In this document: positions 58,302 through 64,000 of the stretch, piece by piece | Layout of the letters: each line of letters starts with the position of its first letter | How positions within the stretch are numbered: the stretch's first letter is position 1 | DNA from: Phoronis australis | Taxonomy: Eukaryota > Animalia > Phoronida | Direction: 5' to 3' | Assembly: GCA_002633005.1 (NCBI GenBank) | Contig: NMRA01000094.1 | Location: 182,006-246,005 of the forward strand | DNA length: 64,000 nucleotides | The notes under the pieces: model-generated | Told to the model about the DNA's origin: nothing | The model's database searches: none | The model's input: the letters and a program-made list of their open reading frames with translations, nothing else | Translations under genes and position numbers: made by a program

Positions 58302-61300
58302 CTGGAAAGAGGAAATGGTCACCTACAATGGTCTTGTAGCAAACTTAGTAAAAACATGACCAACTCTGATGTGCAAGTTTAACATACTCTAGATGACGTT
58401 TTTGAGCAAAATTTGAAAGTAACAGTAACTGTTGTAGTGATGCCAGACACTCTTAAGTCAAAATCTTAACGGGTTTTTTTGAGATATCCCCTCCAACACA
58501 GGTCACGCCCCCTCCAACACTGATGCTTCCTAAAACACTGATGATGCCTCCTCTAGCACTGACGATATCCGCCACCAAAACACTGACTATGCCCCCCTCC
58601 AGCACTGACTATGACCCCCTCCAACACTGACTATGCCCCCCTCCAACACTGACTATGCCCCCCTCCAACACTGACTATGCTCCCCTCCAACACTGACTGT
58701 GCCCCCCTCCAACACTGACTATGCTCCCCTCCAACACTGACTATGCTCCCCTCCAACACTGACTGTGCCCCCCTCCAACACTGATTATGCTCCCCTCCAA
58801 CACAGAATATAAAGCTAGTGAAGTTGATATAATAAACTTTATATCAGAATTTGACTTGAGATGACCAAAAACAGTGCACTCATCCTTCAACCAATACCTG
58901 TTTGGTAAGCTTTTTGGCTGTTTTCGTAAATTTAAACATAAAGTCTTGATCAACAGTTTTTTAGTACTTAAAAAAGCCCAATACAAGGGAGCTGTTTTTG
59001 TAAACTTAGGTGTAAAAGCCTTGTTCAACGCATTTTTTAATTACAAAAAAAACACTGTGTGTTTGGGGGGGGGGGGNGTAATGCGTCGTTGGAATCATGG
59101 ATGCCCTGGAATATTGGGAACCAATTTTGGACACCCTATGTTCGAAATCCTGGATGAAGCCCTGGTCCACAGTGTGCATTGCACAGCGTTGAAATGTGTC
59201 GACAGAGTGCATTGCACAGCACTGATATGTGTCTACAGTGTGCATTGCATAGCTTTGATATGTATCCAGTGTGCATTGCACAGCACTGACATGTGTCCAC
59301 AGTGTGCATTGCATAGCTTTGATATGTGTCCACAGTGTGCATTGCACAGCACTGACATGTGTCTACAGTGTGCATTGCATAGCTTTGATATGTGTCTACA
59401 TTGTGCAATGCACAGCGTCGATTGCACAGTGTTGATGTGTTTACAGTGAATCAGTCTAAGTGAAGCCATTTCATTTGAGTATCTGGAAAATGTCCTAATG
59501 CCACTATTAACCGTGAAATATAGCCTCTGGCAATATTACTCTGCTTGCACTGTGGTCAGGGTTTATGATTTAATTGCACAGTGTCCGATTGGTCAGATCA
59601 CGTCTACAGCCAACTAATGTCTGACTGGCAGGAACGAAAAGTGATATTCCATAGCATGGTAGGCCAATATTACACAGATTTATATCAGTCTGAGGTTATA
59701 GTAACACATTTCAGCCAATCAAAGGACAGCAGAAGTATCAGTAGATGTGTAACAATATAAAATCAAAACAAATCGACTGGTACACCAAACTGAGGAGATT
59801 CAAGTTGGTGTCATACTTACCTTATCATAGAGTCTTCTGAAGTGAGCATGATTAGCATCATTAGTTTTACTTTGTAGGCAGAAACAGATATCTTGCAGTG
59901 CCCTCTCGTACTTGCACAACTCAAACAATGCATTACTACGTCGCCACACACACTTGAGTAAGAGTGACTTAGCATCTTCATTGTCTACAACATGATATTC
60001 ATGGAACCAGTGAATGGGGCATTGATACATAACACATCTTCATTGTCTACAACATCATATTCATGGGACCAGTGAATGGGGCATTGATACACAACACATC
60101 TTCATTGTCTACAACATCATATTCATGGGACCAGTGAATGGGGCATTGATACACAACACATCTTCATTGTCTACAACATGATATTCATGGGACCAGTGAA
60201 TGGGGCATTGATACACAACACATCATCATTGTCTACAACATGATATTCATGGAACCAGTGAATGGGGCATTGATACACAACACATCTTCAACAAAACAAC
60301 AGAATCATAGTGTAAATTGATTGAAACCAAAGAATTTTGTAGCGACTAAGCAGAACAATACAAGAACTGAGAATGTATAGCTGACAGCGTAAGGGGCTGC
60401 ATAAAAGAAAACAATTAATTTGGTTGTGATGGACAAAAATGCTAATGAGCAGCATGACTGCATCCTCAACTAGGTACAGAAAAATTTTAAAACAAATTTG
60501 TGGAATAAAGGATCCAATGACTGGTCTAATGATTATCAATACATCAACATTAATTCATAAATACTAAATGGTTCATTTCACACTGCCCGTTGTCCCCGCA
60601 CAAGGTCATACAGAGATACACATGTACAGCAGACTGTATAACAAAAAACTAGGATCTAACTCATATGACAATCACTTAATAGCTTCAACACTTATGCTGT
60701 TCAAATCTGTAATAATGGTGTCGGGTCAACTGTCAGACAATGATAACCATTGGACGTGTTGTATTGGTGAACGGCCAGTTGTCAGACACTGGTAACTATT
60801 GGATATGTTGTACTGGTGTCAGAGATCAGCTGTCAGACACTGGTAACTATTGGATGTGTTGTATTGGTGTCAGGCCAGTTGTCAGACACTGGTAACCATT
60901 CGATGTGTTGTACTGGTGTTATGCCAGCAGTCAGACACTGGTAACCAGTGGATGTGTTGTATTGGAGTTAAGCCAGCTGTCACACACTGGTAACCATTCC
61001 GAGTGGTGAAGTATCGAATAAATGATAAAAAATTTGAGGACAAATCCCTAGCTCAAGTTTAAAAGTAGTTTCATTTGAAGTCACATATAATACAAGGCTG
61101 TGTTCAAAAGTCCAGTATAAGCGCAGACATGGAGTTGATGGTGGTTACCTTCCAAACAGCGAGCAATGGCCTCATTACAGTCACTCAAGGCTGCAGTATG
61201 GTCACCTGTCTTCAGGTAACACTGAGCTCGGTTAGCGTATACAGACGCAGGTAGCGGATACCTGAATAGAAAAAAACAGAGTAATACGTTGGTTCACAAC

Positions 61301-61960
61301 TTTTATAGGAAAATTAACTTGAACATCTGGTCATACAAAACTAGTCTGCCTTGAATTTAAAGGAAAATTCCAAGATTTCTGGGCCTTGTTTGTAAAAGTC
61401 AAATAGCCAAAATTGGAGCATTTCTAAGACACAAGTTGACCTTATCACTGTTCTTTATTGTGCTTGCCTATGGATGTTTCCTCATCGCAAGATGTTTCAA
61501 CTAATTTGCAAGAATCCCTGTCAACGAAGGCATTAAGAGTATGTAGGACAGAAGAAAAATGAAAAAATTTGGCCACCTTCAGAATCTCAGATACGGGTTA
61601 TTGGAATTACATCAAACTCTCAGATACTGGGCTTCATGTCAAACCACCATTACAAAAACAACAACAGCAATGGATGCCTACCAGAGATCATCAGGAATTT
61701 TAGTGGTGTCTGAGTGGTCACAGCTCACGTCATTGGTCACCTCATCACACTTGAGGAATCTCTCAGGGTGTAGACTCTCACAGCAGGCGACCCGGTGACT
61801 GGGTGGAGCATGCCGTATGGCTTGTGAGTAGAGAGTTATGGCAGACTGGTACTGCCCTTCCTTGAATGCTTTGTTGCCTTTTTCTTTAAAAGTCATCGAT
61901 GTCCCCTTATAATGACGGTATCGACGGTCCTTTACGTCCCGGAACTCCTCCCTCATTTTT
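58038..61960 (-). CDS. TPR-repeat + C-terminal MYND zinc-finger protein, 5' end uncertain; exons 61960-61682, 61261-61149, 59984-59821, 58301-58038
   Basis: TPR motifs FKEKGNKAFKEGQYQSAITLYSQAI, VYANRAQCYLKTGDHTAALSDCNEAI, CVWRRSNALFELCKYERALQDICFCL; MYND pattern CSYC...CGRC...YCNGRCQKDSWITSHHMTC; GT-AG junctions with consistent phases. Confidence 0.85.
58505..58803. repeat. About 22-23-bp minisatellite
   Basis: ccaacactgactatgccccc(c)t, about 12 copies. Confidence 0.9.
59165..59450. repeat. About 35-bp minisatellite
   Basis: cagtgtgcattgcacagcactgacatgtgtc(c/t)a, about 8 copies. Confidence 0.9.
59821..59984 (-). CDS. TPR-MYND gene exon (third TPR)
   Basis: ttgtag|AC NEDAKSLLLKCVWRRSNALFEL...RRLYDK|gtaagt. 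Confidence 0.8.
59973..60290 (-). repeat. 62-bp tandem repeat containing the acceptor and first 12 nt of a TPR-MYND exon, 5 copies
   Basis: Minus strand ...atgttgtag|acaatgaagatg repeated every 62 nt. Confidence 0.92.
60715..61000. repeat. About 50-bp degenerate minisatellite
   Basis: ctgtcagacactggtaaccattggatgtgttgtattggtgt. Confidence 0.85.
61149..61261 (-). CDS. TPR-MYND gene exon (second TPR)
   Basis: ttcag|G YPLPASVYANRAQCYLKTGDHTAALSDCNEAIARCLE G|gtaac. Confidence 0.85.
61682..61960 (-). CDS. TPR-MYND gene exon (first TPR)
   Basis: tcttag|A AAA ATG AGG...KEKGNKAFK...IPDDL TG|gtaggc. Confidence 0.8.
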
Positions 61961-62018
61961 CTAAGAAAAATGAAACATTAAGAAATTACATCAAACTTAG
62001 TAACAAGGGTATGATAAA

Positions 62019-62200
62019 ATGAAACTGAATGACAAGGGCAGGATGACATGAAACTGAGTGACATGGGCAGGATGACATGAAACTGAGTGACAAGGGCAGG
62101 ATGACATGAAACTGAATGACATGGGCAGGATGACATCAAACTGAGTGACAAGGGCAGGATGACATTAAACTGAGTGACAAGGGCAGGGTGACATGAAACT
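62019..62200. repeat. 29-bp minisatellite, left part
   Basis: gacaagggcaggatgacatgaaactgagt. Confidence 0.92.
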
Positions 62201-63769
62201 GAACAAGAGCAACACAGAGTGTTGAAATGCAACCACGAATGCACTGAAAACAGAGTGCTTCTTGGGTAGTTTATTTGTTTCATAAAAATAACCACTAGAT
62301 GGCGAAAAAAGTCCAATCCATCTGAAAATGGGTATATGCCATCGCTTCTTTAATAGAAAGGTATTTAACAAATTTCATAAAAATCTGTCAAAGAACCTCA
62401 GAGAAACAAAGGAAAACAAAAAAAATGAAATTGCCTCTGTGGGGCACAGTGTTCATTGGATACGCCAGAAAGACGTTGTCTGCAGTTAGCTTCATATAAA
62501 TACCATTACTAAATTTGATAAATATCCTGCACTGAGTTTAGGAGATACAGCTATGGGCACAAAACAAAACAAAACTACCACTAGGTGGCGCCACAGAAGT
62601 CAAATCGTTATCCTCAACCGTCCTCTTCATACTGAGAACATATACACCAATTTTCACAATCATGCCCAGAATGCTTTGGTTGATCGAGGGGTGGGCGCCA
62701 AAAAGCAAGACTTGAAAACAGGAATAATGGCCACTAGGTGGGGTGGTGTAAAAGTTCCTCGACTTCATCCCACAGCGGGAGGATAGCATCATCTCACCAA
62801 TAAATGCCTGTATTCCAAACTTTGTGACAATCTGTTGAGGACCTTTGAAGATACAGAAGTACGCATGCCTAAAAATGAAAATTACCATTAGGGGGCACAC
62901 TGGTAGTCAGATCCATCCAAAAGTTGTTGCAAACAGTCTAGGAGATACAGCCATGGGCGCAAAAAAAACAAAGCTGCCACTAGGAGGCACCACAGTAGTC
63001 GAAGTCGTCAGAAAATCGTTGTCAGCTTCGTAGTAAGAACATACATGCCAATTTTCACAATCATCCTTAGAGCAGTACGGTTGATAGAGGGGTGGACGCC
63101 AAAAAAAGCAGACTAAAAACAGTAAAAATGGCCACTAGGTGGCGCAAACTACATCAAATCCATCTGGGAGGATAGCGTCATCTCACTAATAATAATATAA
63201 ATACACTTGCAGAATTTAGTAAAGATCCTGCCAACGGTTTAGGAAATACAGCCATGAGGGCAAAAAAGAAACAAAACTGCCACTAGGAGGTGCCACATTA
63301 GTCAAAATTGTCGGAAAATCATTGTCACACGTCCTCTTCATAGTTAAAACATACATGCCAATTTCCACAATCATCCTTGGAGCAGTTTGGTTGATAGAGG
63401 GGTGGACGCCAAAAAACACACTCTTAAACAGCAAAAATGGCGACTGGGTGACGCAAACTACCTCGAATTCATCCGAAAACGGAAGGATAGCGTGATCTCA
63501 CTATTAGATGCCTATACGCCAAATTTTATGAAAATGCGTTGAGGACCTTTAAAGATATAGAGGTAAGCGTAAAAAACTAAATTGCCACTAGGAGGCACAC
63601 GGGTAGTCGGATCCCTCCGAAAGTTCGCTCATGCCGTCCCATCCATGATAGGAACACATGTGCAAAATTTCATGAACGTATGTCAAAGGGTTTTGGACAT
63701 AGAGCAGCGCACGCCGGACGGATGGGAATGATGGCATAATGCGCCACATATAAATATGTGGGTGCATAA
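62201..63769 (-). mobile_element. Helentron/HINE-like element inserted into a 29-bp minisatellite
   Basis: aacaagagcaacacagagtgttg ... gcgccacatataaatatgtgggtgcataa; the same minisatellite lies on both sides. Confidence 0.75.
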
Positions 63770-64000
63770 TGACAAGGGCAGGGTGACATGAAACTGAGTG
63801 ACAAGGGCAGGGTGACATCAAACTGAGTGACAAGGGCAGGATGACATCAAACTGAGTGACAAGGGCAGGGTGACATCAAACTGAATGACAAGGGCAGGAT
63901 GACATGAAACTGAGTGACAAGGGCAGGATGACATGAAACTGAGTGACAAGGGCAGGGTGACATCAAACTGAGTGACAAGGGCAGGATGACATCAAACTGA
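63770..64000. repeat. 29-bp minisatellite, right part (runs off window)
   Basis: gacaagggcagg(a/g)tgacat(c/g)aaactgagt. Confidence 0.92.

Overview
Eukaryotic (animal; probably a lophotrochozoan/mollusc-like invertebrate, by inference) genomic window with four protein-coding genes reconstructed by hand from splice sites: single-exon FoxL2 (+, 4935-5879); TMEM107 (-, 4 exons, 31350->21503, with a U12-type GT-AG minor intron); COPB2/beta'-COP (+, 20 exons, 31777-54775, 928 aa), head-to-head with TMEM107; and the 3' part of a TPR + MYND zinc-finger gene (-, 61960->58038). Introns are full of DNA-transposon derivatives (Helentron/HINE-like, pogo/Tigger-like, hAT-like, TTAA-targeting MITEs) and minisatellites. 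The most striking pattern is that many minisatellites are built from splice junctions themselves: exon end plus donor (COPB2 exons 3, 7, 8, 10, 12, 19) or acceptor plus exon start (TPR-MYND gene) tandemly amplified into the intron, giving ladders of alternative splice sites. Also notable: FoxL2-COPB2 linkage as in vertebrates, Helentron-like elements carrying about 145-bp-periodic CTCF-like motifs, a MITE nested in an inverted copy of its own family, and two long hairpins in TMEM107 introns. No prokaryotic features, CRISPR arrays or recognisable RNA genes. All coordinates were counted by eye; repeat boundaries are approximate.
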